64,000 nucleotides of DNA from Malacoraja senta (lineage: Eukaryota): contig JAXLNO010000305.1 of assembly GCA_038087875.1 (NCBI GenBank), positions 1 to 64,000 of the forward strand. The letters run 5' to 3'. Shown piece by piece: positions 1 to 11,745 of this stretch. Both the position numbers and the translations under genes were made by a program. The number at the start of each line of letters is the position of its first letter. Position 1 is the first letter of the stretch. The notes under the pieces are model-generated. The model worked only from the letters and a program-made list of their open reading frames with translations. It had not been told where the DNA came from and searched no databases.

Positions 1-3000
1 AGGTTTGTATCCATCCAGAACCTCCAGGGTGCTTATCTCCGGGTTTGCTTCCAGTTCCTCGTGCTGGCGAGAACAGGAACAGGGAGATACAGGACCTGAA
101 TGTGTGGATGAGGAACTGGCGCAGGGGGCAGGGATTTAGATTCTTAGACCACTGGGATCTGTTTTGGAGTAAGGGTGAACTGTACAAAAGGGACGGATTG
201 CACCATAACAGGTGGGGGACCGGCATTCTGGCAGGCAGGTATGCCACTGCTACACAGGTGGCTTTAAACTAAATAAGGGGGGGGGGGGCGAGGGAGGGAT
301 GTCAAATGGGATAGTCAAGGACGGAGTTAAAGGGAAAGGGAGTAAAGGGATAGTTAATGACCCCAGAATTAACGGGAAAGAAAGCTCACAAAGGGATAGG
401 AGACTATGGCCAAGTGTAATAGGGATCGATGAGAAAGGTGAGATGCATAAGGAATTAAAAATATTGTATATGAATGCGCGAAGTATAAGAGGTAAAATAG
501 ATGAGCTTGAGGCTCAGTTAGAGGTTGGTAGATATGACATTGTGGGGATTACTGAGACGTGGCTGCAGGAGGATCGGGCATGGGAACTTAATATTCAGGG
601 TTATACATCCTATAGAAAGGACATGCAGATGGGCAGAGGAGGGGGGGTAGCTTTGCTGGTGAGGGATGGAATTCAGATCGTTGCGAGGGAAGACATAGGG
701 ACTGACGAGGTAGAGTCACTGTAGATTGAGTTGAGGAATTGCAAAGGCAAGAAGACACTAATTGGTGTTATCTACAGACCCCCAAATAGTAGTCCGGATG
801 TAGGGTGTAAGTTGCAGCAGGAGTTAAAACTGGCATGTAACAAAGGTAATGCCACTGTGGTGATGGGCGATTTCAATATGCAGGTAGACTGGGAAAATCA
901 GGTTGGTTCAGGACCCCAAGAAAGAGAGTTTGTAGAGTGCCTCCGAGATGGATTCTTAGAGCAGCTTGTAATGGAGCCGACCAGAGAAAAGACAATTCTG
1001 GATTTAGTGTTGTCCAATGAACCAGATTTGATAAGAGAACTAGAGGTAAAGGAACCGCTTGGAGGTAGTGATCATAATATGATTAGTTTTAGTCTGCAAT
1101 TTGAGAAGGAGAAGGTTAAATCGGAAGTGTCAGTGATGCAGTTGAACAAAGGACTATGAAGGCATGAGGGAGGAGCTGGTCAAGGTAGACTGGAAAGGGA
1201 TCCTAGCAGGAATGACGGTGGAACAGCAATGGCAGGAATTTCTGGGCATTATCCTGAAGACACAGGATCATTTCATTCCAAAAAGGAAGAAAGATTCTAA
1301 GGAGAGTAGGAGACAACTGTGGCTGACAAGAGAAGTTAGGCATAGAATAATACTAAAAGAAAAGATGTATAACACAGCAAAGAGTAGCCGGAAGCCAGAG
1401 GATTGGGAAACTTTCATAGGACAACAGAAGGAAACAAAACGGGTAATAAGGGCTGAAAAGATGAAGTACGAGGGGAAGCTGGCCAGGAATATAAAGAAGG
1501 ACAGTAAAAGCTTATTTTGATATGTTAAGGGAAAAAGAATAGCAAAGTCAAATGTGGGTCCCTTGAAGGCAGACACGGGTGAAATTATTATGGGGAACAA
1601 GGAAATGGCAGAGGAGTTGAACAGGTACTTCGGATCTGTCTTCACTAAGGAAGACACAAACAATCTCCAAGAAGTACTGGAGGACAGAGGATCTAAGGGG
1701 GTAGAGGAACTGAAAGAAATGTTCATTAGGCGAGAAATAGTATTGGGTAGGCTATGGGGGCTGAAGGATGATAAATCCCCTGGACCTGATGGTCTGCATC
1801 CCAGGATCCTCAGGGAGGTGGCTCTAGAAATAGTGGACGCATTGGTGATCATTTTCCAATGTTCAATAGATTCAGGATCAGTTCCTGTGTATTGGAGGAT
1901 GGCTAATGTTATCCCACTTTTCAAGAAAGGAGCGAGAGAGAGAAAACGGGGAATTACAGACCAGTTTGCCTGACTTCGGTGGTGGGAGATATGCTGGAGT
2001 CAATTATTAAAGAGGTAATAATGGGGCATTTGGATAGCAGTAAAAGGATTAGTCCAAGTCAGCATGGATTTATGAAAGGAAAAGCATGCTTGACTAATCT
2101 TCTGGAATTTTTTGAGGATGTGACAAGTAAAATGGATGAAGGGGAGCCAGTGGATGTAGTGTATCTAGACTTTCAGAAAGCCTTTGATAAGGTCCCGCAA
2201 GGGAGACTGGTGACTAAAATTAGAGCACATGGTATTGGGGGTAGGGTGTTGACGTGGATAGAAAATTGGTTGGCAGACAGGAAGCAAAGAGGAGTGAACG
2301 GGTCCTTTTCAGAATGGCAGGCAGTGGCGAGTGGAGTGCCGCAAGGCTCGGTGTTGGGGCCGCAACTGTTTACCATATATATTAATGATTTGGAAGAGGG
2401 AATTAGGAGCAACACTAGCAAATTTGCGGGTGACACAAAGCTGGGTGGCAGTGTGAACTGTGAAGAGGATGTTAGGAGGTTGCAGGGTGACCTGGACAGG
2501 TTGAGTGAGTGGGCAGATGCGTGGCAGATGCAGTATAATATAGATAAATGTGAGGTTATCCACTTTGGCGGCAAAAACAAGGGGGCAGATTATTATCTCA
2601 ATGGGGTTAGGTTAGGTAAGGGGGAGGTACAGCGAGACCTGGGTGTCCTTGTACACCAGTCACTGAAAGTTGGCGTGCAGGTACAGCAGGCAGTGAAGAA
2701 AGCTAATGGAATGTTGGCCTTCATAACAAGAGGATTTCAGTATAGGAGTAGAGAGGTTCTTCTGCAGTTGTACAGGGCTCTGGTAAGACCACATCTGGAG
2801 TTTGGGTACAGTTTTGTTGTCCTAATTTGAGGAAAGACATCCTTGTGATTGAGGCAGTGCAGCGTAGGTTCACAAGATTGATCCCTGGGATGGAGGGACT
2901 GTCATATGAGGAAAGATTGAAAAGACTAGGCTTGTATTCACTGGAGTTAAGAAGGATGAGGGGGTTCTTATAGAAATATATAAAATTATAAAAGGACTGG

Positions 3001-3330
3001 ACAAGCTAGATGCAGGAACTATTCTACAGTCTATTCTACAGACTATTCTACAGTCTTAGAATAAAGGGGAGGCCATTTAAGACTGAGGTGAGAAAAAACA
3101 TTTTCACCCAGAGAGTTGTGAATTTATGGCACAGAGGGCAGTGGAGGCCAAATCACTGGATGGATTTAAGAGGGAGTTAGATAGAGCTCTAGGGGCTAGT
3201 GGAATCAAGGGATATGGGGAGAAGGCAGGCAGGGGTTATTGATTGGGGACGAACAGCCATGATCACAATGAATGGCGGTGCTGGCTCGAAGGGCCGAATG
3301 GCCTCCTCCTGCACCTATTTTCTATGTTTT
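1..3330 (+). mobile_element. CR1-clade LINE (5' part outside window): end of SGNH-esterase ORF1, then a disrupted ORF2 (APE endonuclease + RT) and 3' UTR
   Basis: ORF1 end FLDHWDLFW...DGLHHN (45-272); APE motifs YMNARS, GITETW, MGDFN, GGSDHN (212-1159); KSPGPDG, QHGF, YLDFQKAFDKVP, GVPQGSVLGP, FAGD (1554-2830); several stops/frameshifts; typical 3' end gaagggccgaatggcctcctcctgcacctattttctatg. Confidence 0.93.
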
Positions 3331-3870
3331 ACTTTCTTATCCAAAGTATGTGTCTACAGACCTTTTAAAAGCTATAATTGTTTCTGCCTCTGCTGCTTCC
3401 TCTTGCATCTGGTTCCCTATAACCCTGTGTGAGGGGGGGGGGGGGGGAATAGAAACTGTTCCACAGATGTTTACATTTCTTCCCTCTCACCTTAAAACTA
3501 TGGCCCTGAAGTTTAGACATCGGTCTCAACTCGTCTGAAACCCTGGAATTCTGAGGTGCCAAACTTGCTCTTCTCTCAACCAAGTTTCTGTAATGGCCAC
3601 AGCATCAAAGTTCCATGTACTAAACAAGGCTATAAATTAATAGTAAGATTAAACGAGAACTTACCTAAGTTTGAAGTTTGATCTTTATTTTATGAGGAGT
3701 TACGTAGGTGATTACGTGAAGAACACCGCCAGTGCGCCTGCGCGTCAATCTTCAAAGCAGCGGTGTGAAATCACAAAAAACAACAACCGAAGTAATATAG
3801 TCTCATAATAAAACGAGTAATACAAGAACTTCCATCTGACCTTTATGATAGAGGGTGGGGTCGTGGCGGG

Positions 3871-3984
3871 CACGTAATCACCTACGTAACTCCTCATAAA
3901 ATAAAGAACAAACTTCAAATTTAGGTAAGTTCTCGTTTAATCTTACTATTTTACTTCGGAGTCACGTGAGTGACTACGTGAAGA
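3871..3984. repeat. DIRS internal complementary region (ICR)
   Basis: 3871-3950 is the reverse complement of 3639-3718 (2 mismatches in 80); 3948-3984 is the exact reverse complement of 8378-8414; the two halves share ATT. Confidence 0.92.
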
Positions 3985-4138
3985 TTTTAAAGCTTTGTGA
4001 TTTCATGCCGTGGATCAATCCCGGCTTCTCACTGCATTGATTGACTCGGAACGAGAAATAATCAATCATGCATTCATAATAACATTTGTACCACAAATGC
4101 AGTAATTCATTTCAATAATGAAATTAATCAGATCCCCT

Positions 4139-5017
4139 TTAAACCAGAGTAATTTTCACAGAACTGAAAATAGTTTCTGCAAACAATCCCGCATTAACAA
4201 TAGGCCGATGGTAAAAATGTTGAAACATCAACTCATTGGACCACCCGGCGGCTGCGAGGATATGGTCGACGGGGACGTCTTTTGCCCTCTCCGCCGACAT
4301 TTCTGCTGCCCTAGTCGAGTGAGACGTAAAAACATAAGTATTAATACCAGCAGCTGTTAAGACTTCTTTTATCCATCTGGAAATAGTCTGTATTGAAACT
4401 CTCTTGTGTGGTTTCTTGTGTGTGATCAACAACCCAGTTTCCATATTTCTCAAATTCTTTGTGACCTCAATGTATTGTAACAAATATGTCTTAATACAGA
4501 GACAAGGATCATTTGGATATACTGCTAGTATAATTTTAAATCCTGTCACACCTGGCCTAATTTGCTTTAGTAGGTCATAGATATAGAATGTAACCTTATC
4601 TTCAGTTACTTCCATACTGTCTATTTGTAATTTTCCAAGTGTTTGCACTCGTTGTGCTGTCACTCATGCCATAAGCATTAATACTTTCATACTGAGCTTA
4701 GCCAAAGGTAAAGACACACTTGATGAACATTCACGAAGTAGTTTCAGTACCACACTAACATCCCAGATTGTCATGTACCTAGGTTTCGGTGGTTTGGAAT
4801 TAAAGATTCCTTTCATTAGTCTGGAAACAATTGGGTGTGACCCAATTGGGTTTCTTTCTGACTCCAGAACCAAATATGAGGACAATGCACTTCTGGCTGA
4901 ATTAATTGCACTACAACTCAGACCTTCATCATAATAAAGTTTTGACAGAAATTCTAAACATTTGAAATATCTGCAGTACTTTATTGCACATTCTTTTGTA
5001 CACAGAACTCTCCCCAT
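4139..5017 (-). pseudogene. DIRS tyrosine recombinase (broken)
   Basis: N-terminal SAINSARSALS...PKPRY..IWDV; catalytic region HSTRAA...AAAGWS...FQHFY; split by a stop at 4664. Confidence 0.88.
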
Positions 5018-5168
5018 TTCTTAATTTAAGACAGGTACTGTTTTTGAGTGCTCTTCCTCCAGGCTGCCATAAGCATGTCCACAGTACGCTCAGACAGTCC
5101 TCGTCCCAGAAAAGGCATTCTTAAAACCTGCAAATCAACAAATCCAAACAATCATATAATGGATGTTG

Positions 5169-5570
5169 TTACCCTGTTACAGGGTGCAGCAATAAATTAC
5201 TCCTTTTTGGGACTTTCATCAACATTTGCGTTGTTAATTCTAATATCAACGGATACCATGGCTGTGTAGGCCAATCTGGTACTACCAATACCCTTGAAGC
5301 AGCATCTTGCCTGATTTTAAGCAAACATTGGCTTATGAGGAAGAAAGGTGGAAATATATATGAAAACATACCACCCCAATGTAGCGAGAAAGCATCAATC
5401 GCCACTGCTCCTGGATCTGGTTTCCATGAGACATATCTCGATAGCTGATGATTCAAGTCGATGTCGGGCATTCCAAATCTGATTACTATATCATTGAATA
5501 CCTCTTGATTCAACATCCATTCTTTATTCTCATGGAACTTTCGTGACCTGGTGTCTGCTATCGTGTTCAT
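5169..5570 (-). pseudogene. DIRS C-terminal DNA adenine methyltransferase-like (MT) domain
   Basis: PDIDL...RYVSW.PDP.A.AIDAFSLHW...YIFPPF.LI...LVVPDWPTQPWYP, downstream of RNase H as is typical for DIRS pol. Confidence 0.78.
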
Positions 5571-5680
5571 TCTACCTGGTAGATAGATAGCTGAAATCCA
5601 AATGTTCTGTTCAATACACCAAGCCCAAAGTTGATTTAACTATTTTGTCACATGACACCGACTTAATTCCACCCATATCA

Positions 5681-6720
5681 TTAATATAGGCAACTGCTGT
5701 TGTGTTTATTAATTTTAAATTGAACCTTCCTTTTAGTTGTGTTAGAACCACAAGCTTGGAGTCCATAGAAACCTCCTAAAAGCTCCAAATAGGTAATTCC
5801 CCATGTCTGCAGTAACAATAACTCTTCCTGATTCCATCTGCCTCCGCAGCTAGATGTTAAGTCAGTTGCACCCCATCCTCGTGCACTGGCATCAGTTTGT
5901 AATATCATGGAAGGTTGTTCAATCAGCACTTTGCCTGAACTGCTTGAGACATGTAGAATCCACCACTGCAGATTAGAAACAGCATTTGTTGTTACTTGCA
6001 TGGTTCTATCAAAAAGAGCAGCATTTATTCTCAGTGCCTGTTCTTTGATTCTCTGCAGCTGTTGATAATGTAATGGTCCATACTGGATTGCTGGGAATCT
6101 ACTAATTTTCCCAGTACTCGAGCCACCTGTCTGATTAGAGGTTTTTGCTCGTTTAACAGATTACTGCAATCTTTAATCAACTCCACCCTTTTTTCACTGG
6201 GCAAAGTAATTTGCATTTGGGCTGAATCAATTGTGAACCCCAAATAATCAATTGAGGTACATGTTTTTAACCTTGATTTCTTTGGATGAATTTAGAAAGC
6301 CCCAAACTTTCAAAAGTTTGATTTCACAACTGCAACTGATGCTTCTGTTGACTGTTTTGTCCTTCCTATAATCAGGACATCATCCAGGTATGCCATTAGT
6401 ACATGCCCCTGGCTCTCAGCAACCCCAGAATTGATTTTAACAATTTTATGAATATTCTGGGAGCGAACGTTAACCCATTAGGCAGAGCTTTGAACTGCCC
6501 TAATTGGTTCATCCATTTAAATTTTAAGATACTTCATATCTTGCAAGTGAACAGACACTGAACAAAAGGATTCAGATTTATCAAGTCTATAATCATCCTG
6601 CATCCTCCATTCTTTTTTGATCGAGGGAATATATTTGACCCAAATTGGTGAATTTGGTAGACGGATTCTTCAAAAACACCTTTTATATATAGGGTTTTGA
6701 AGCGCAGCTTGAACCTCCAT
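5681..6720 (-). pseudogene. DIRS reverse transcriptase / RNase H (frameshifted)
   Basis: YLDD at 6379-6390 (minus); ALPNGLTFAPRIF near 6450-6490; MGFTIDS..M.ITLP.EK; RNase H QTDASARGWGA...ITYLEL. Confidence 0.85.
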
Positions 6721-8235
6721 TACTTCGCAAAGTGGAGAGTTCTGCTAGGAACATGCTGGACAGGCAAATCATAATTTGGATTGAATTCAATTCGAAATCC
6801 TTGTATATTATTCAGAATTACCACATCTGAAGTAATCTTCTTCCAATGTTTATAGAAGAGACGTAATCTGCCTCCAACTTTTGGACTTAATCCAGTTAGT
6901 ATGTTCCCATGAGAACCAGGTCCACCTACCTCTTGAGTCATTTGAGTATTCTGAGATCCCTGGATTCTCCCGGAAGCACCACCACTGGTTCTTACTCTCG
7001 CTGCAGGCCGCCAGCTACGTCCCTGCGTTGATGAGCGACTTGGTCCTGGTCTAGGATCCGTATGACGTCTGAAAGGATACTTCCTCTTTACAGACTTTGT
7101 AACCATTGATGTTTTTATCAATCCTGTTTTCGCTTCATCTTTCAACTCTTTAATACGTCTCCCGAGATCCTCTCCAAAGAGTAAGTTGGGTAATTGTATA
7201 TTACTTGGTTTGCAGAGTGCTGCGAATTTCGGATTCATAGTAGGCCGTATAGCACCTTCCTCAGATAATTGATCTCGAAGTGGGTGCTGCATAGCAACCC
7301 AGTGCTTCCTGATGCAACTTCGTCATCTCTTGGCTGTTACCTGCTATTCTGGTAAAAGCAGTTATTCCAGAACCCAGCAGCTTTAATATTCTCTGCAACT
7401 GATTCCAGATAATTTGGTTCACTGCTTCTGCTTTCAGCAACCCACAGTTACTTGGGGTCTCCTGCTTTCTTGCAGTCTCATCCATCTCCTGCTGTTCCAG
7501 CTGATGGTAAACCAAGTAATTTATTAAGGAGGCCAGTTCTTCTCCTAATGGCTCTCCTGACCCTGACGGGGCAGCGAATCCTACTGCCAGGGGTGGAACA
7601 TCTGGCAGCTTCCGTTCATCGCCTTGTACAGCCTCACCGTCAGAGTCGGGGTCTGAAATCTCATGACCTGTAGCATGCTCCTCATCCCTGAGGGTGCATT
7701 CCATCAGCCCTGAGACAGGTGCTGTTAAGCTGCTTCCAGCAGCTTGGATTTCAGTACACTCCTTCCTGAGTGAACTTTGCTCCAACAGCCTATGTAAAAG
7801 GCTTTCTATTTGGGCAATACGCTCGAAAGCAGTATCTAGCCCTGTACCAGGAGCTGTTTGAGCTGCTTCCAGCAGCTTGGATTTCAGTACACTCCTCCCT
7901 GAGTGAACTTTGCTCCAACAGCCTATGTAAAAGACTTTCTATTTGGGCAATACGCTCGAAAGCAGTATCTAGCCCTGGAGCTACTTCCATTGCCTGGGAC
8001 TCCCTCCGTGGGCCGTTGGGATTTAAACTTCGTCTTTTGCCCGACAGGCGCTGACTGTGTTTTCACCAGCCCCAGGTCCACAGTCGCTATGCTCACCGCT
8101 GGCGACTGTACCGGGGTTTAGAGGCGGTTGGTCTCTAACCGGGGACTCCCGACTTTCTGTCGGCTGTGTCGCTCGCCTCTTCCCCCTGTCCGTTTTTTCC
8201 CATGGCGTCTGTGGAAAAAATCCCCATAGACCCAC
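6720..8235 (-). pseudogene. DIRS gag-like ORF1 fragments
   Basis: Position upstream of RT; LLFGEDL..RIKEL motif; disrupted by an internal duplication at 7728-7977. Confidence 0.6.
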
Positions 8236-8429
8236 AGTAAACGGACCTGGAAAACATGAAAAAAGTTTTTACTTACCTTGTAGTTGAAAAACTACAAACC
8301 ACTGGAGGAGCTCTGCTCCTCACGTCCGTTTGCGTCAAGACGTCTGACGTAATGACGCGCAGGCGCACTGGCGGGGTTCTTCACGTAGTCACTCACGTGA
8401 CTCCGAAGTAAAATCTGTCTCACCCATAA

Positions 8430-9550
8430 TTCTTTTTGGGATGAAATAATACATTTTGAACTATTAATCCCATCTTGTTAACATGACCTTGTCCTTGTTG
8501 GACTTAGTTGACCTAACCTTTACCTTCCCCTCGGTCCCTTCCACTTCCTCACCTACTGCTCTGGTTCCCATCCATTGGTCATGCTAGTTTAAATACTCCT
8601 GAGTATCATGAGCAAATCTCCCTGTGAGGTTGTGTAGCGCCTCTAGTTTAGATGCCAACCAGTCCATGTACAGATCTCACCTGCACTCGATAGAACCCAA
8701 TAATTCTTGTATCTGAAGCCCTCCCTTCCTCCCATGCCAGCTCTTTGGCTATGCATTCAACTGTACTATCTTCCCATTTCTTGTCTAGCTAACACATGAC
8801 ACAGAAAATAATCCCAAGATAATAATCCTAGAGTTCTTTTTAACTTTCTACCTAACTTCCTAAATTCCTTTTGCAGGACCTCTCTCTCCCAGGCTGTACT
8901 GTTAGCACAGGACCACCATTAATTTTCCGGCACCCTTCTTTTCAGAGCCTTGCCGTATTGTCAATTTTGCCAGACCAATTGAGGTCAAGGCCTTGTTGGG
9001 CCGAGATACTGGCCCGCGAAGTTGGCCATAGAAGTTGGCTATCCAGCGTTTCTGGCTGTAGCCGGCAAATTTGACCCGCCAGGCAGTGCGGAAGTCCCGT
9101 TGAGGCCGAGATCGGCCACCTCGTGCGGCCTAGTCATCACATATTCGAGGGGACTCCAGGAGGATTTCAAGTGCGCTCTGGTAATTTTGTCCGGATTAAA
9201 GGAGGCACTGGACCATCAGTTGTCAGAAATTCGGTGGTGGACCTGTATCAATATGGACCATGATCCTGAGCTGCTTGCCCTTCCTTTTCAGAATGTCCTG
9301 TGCTGGTCAGAGACATGCTTAACCCAGGTACCAGTGAGGCAACACAGTATCCTGGAGCCTCGCTTACAGCCCCTACCGACAGAGTCCCCTATCACTGTAA
9401 TTTTCCTTTGCTTTGACGTAATCCGCTGTACAACAGAGCTAATGATGATGCCACAGATCTGGCTACTGGTACTTAAATTCTGCTGTCGTTCACCCTTGGG
9501 AGGCTGTACACTCCACTCCCTCTTCTAACAATATCGAAAATGGTATACTT
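8430..9550 (-). mobile_element. Old degraded CR1 ORF1 region, apparently interrupted by a small TIR element (about 8907-9246)
   Basis: Minus-strand remnant resembling the esterase CCLPG motif near 9325-9345; caggaccacc.../...ggtggacctg imperfect inverted ends. Confidence 0.45.
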
Positions 9551-11319
9551 ATGATGGTAGACAGCAATAATTAGCTAGATTGAAATTGTTTTGCTTTTAC
9601 TGAGCAGGATGTTCTGAGATAAATCTCCATATTGTCGGGTAGATGTCACTTGTAACTGCACTGGAACAGATTGGCAAAAGGTGTAACTAGTTCAGGACTA
9701 AAGATCTCCAGTACCACAGCTAGGATCCAATCTGGTCTTGTGACTCTACTGTATGTATACATCATAATTTTATATGCTTCTGTCAGATTGCTCCTCCGAA
9801 GATCCAGAGAAAATAATCAAATTTTGTCCATCCTCTTCTTATAGCTAATAGAATCCAATCCAAGCCGCATCCTGGTGAATCTCATCTGCACAAACACATC
9901 CACATCCTTTCTATCGTGTGGAGATTAGAACTCTCACAATACTCCAGATGTGAAAAAGGACAATTGTGTTAAAGAGTTTCAGATTTGCAATGTCAAGTTA
10001 TTTTTCTCTCGGGATTTTCAAAAATAATTTTTGTAACAGCAAACTTATTTTGCGGCAAAATAAAAGCTGTATGTTACATTGTTTAATTGTTCCACAATAG
10101 AAATGATTTCTTGCACATTTCAATGGCCACCCACGGTTAAACCATAGCTGTGTTCTAAAGACACAATCGTGGTTGATTACTGTCAGAAGTTTACATGGTA
10201 ACAGTTTCTCCAGAACGGGGTTTCTTCTGCTTGTCACTTTTCAAAGTATCTTCAGGTCCATTATTTCCTGATTGAAATTGTGTTAGAACCAATTTCTGCT
10301 GCTGGTGCATCATTCGCGTTATGTTTAGTTTGTGTTATGGAAACAAGCATTATATCAGAATCAATATCCTCCTAATCTAATCTCACCATCATGCATGGCT
10401 TTCAGAAGGTGATGCAAGCCAAAGTGGTCTTGATTGGCTGAGAAGGAGTAAGGAGCTTCCTAATCAAAGTAAGTCAGTCAGGGAAATAAATTGCGCAGTA
10501 ATAATAAGGATCCTATTATCCAAATCTGAAGTGTGCTGTTTTTTGGGACTGATGTGGATATTTATCAATTTTCATTGTAACCACTCTGTCAACACTTGTG
10601 ACTGCCTACTTGGTTGTTGCATATTTGTTCTGAGTTTCCACAAGAGCTGATGAATGCAGTCTGTATTGCGGTTGCTGCGCTGTGCATTCCACAAATGTGC
10701 AGTATGGTTTACATTACTTGATTAACACAAAGTCAGGAAGTGCAAATCCATCTTTGAGCAAATCAAGCGAACGCTGAAGGTCATTGTAACTTGAGATGCA
10801 AGTCTTTTGAATTCGGTACAGAATTAATTTGGTGTGTTCAGTGGCCTACACTATTCTAACAGCACTGTTTAAACCCAGACCTCTGCTTCCGAACCCATTC
10901 TTATTCTCCCAGGTTGGGGCAGTGAGGCAGCAACTCTACTAATTGTGCTACAGTATCACCCTCTTGAAAACATTTGAAAGGCAGAAATGTTTATCCTAAT
11001 ATCCTCTGTTAACATGAAAATAGCTTTTTCTTTACCAAAGCATTACTTATTGAAGTTTATGTCAATTGCCAAAAAAGCTTGTGTGCATAACAATGACCAC
11101 ATTAAAAGTAATTTTGAAGTATTATGAGAATGTTTTGGAGCTCTTTAATAAAGAAGGTGGAGAGAATCCAGGATATTATGGGCCAGTGAACCTCAGTTCT
11201 GTGGTCGGGAAGCTGTTGGAGATGATTCTTTGGGGTAGGATTTACTCCCATTTCGAAGAATGGGCTAATCAGGGACAGTCAGCATGGCTTTGTATGTGGC
11301 AGGTCATGTCTTACTAACT

Positions 11320-11359
<40 letters not shown>

Positions 11360-11745
11360 ATTTATTAGAAGTACATTACATTACAACCACATACATTAAT
11401 ACTCGTCATTTATATCTTCTTACAATTAATGTACTCCCTTTATTTATTTTTTTACACTAGAAAAAGAAAAGATTGAAAGAGAGAAGAAAGTGAAGGAAAA
11501 AGTGCAAGTGTAGAAAAGTGTAGAAAATGTAACAACAAAAAAGGACGAAGACCCTATAAGAGCGAAATTAAAAACAAAAAGAAAAAGAGTTAAGAAATAG
11601 GCCCAAAGAAAAGAGAAAGAGAAAAAAAGAGAAACAAATGTTTTTTTTTTTTGAGCATCACGTAAATAGGACATACCAACTCTTCAACTATCACCCCCCC
11701 TTACCTGACCTCAATTTTTTATTTTTTTTAAAGTACTTTTACACC

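Larger units (their letters stand above)
3639..8414 (-). mobile_element. DIRS1-type tyrosine-recombinase retrotransposon, complete termini, ORFs frameshifted
   Basis: Inverted terminal homology (about 3712-3747 vs 8353-8388); internal complementary region 3871-3984 matching both outer ends; minus-strand order gag-like, RT, RNase H, methyltransferase-like, YR. Confidence 0.93.

Noticed and set aside
1268..2580. Antisense ORFs over CR1 (and similar ones over L1, L2 and Tc1)
   Set aside because: Shadow frames of transposon coding sequence with no independent motifs.
4139..5570. Phage-like integrase plus Dam methylase suggesting a prophage or bacterial contamination
   Set aside because: Linked to RT/RNase H and DIRS termini; these are standard DIRS domains.
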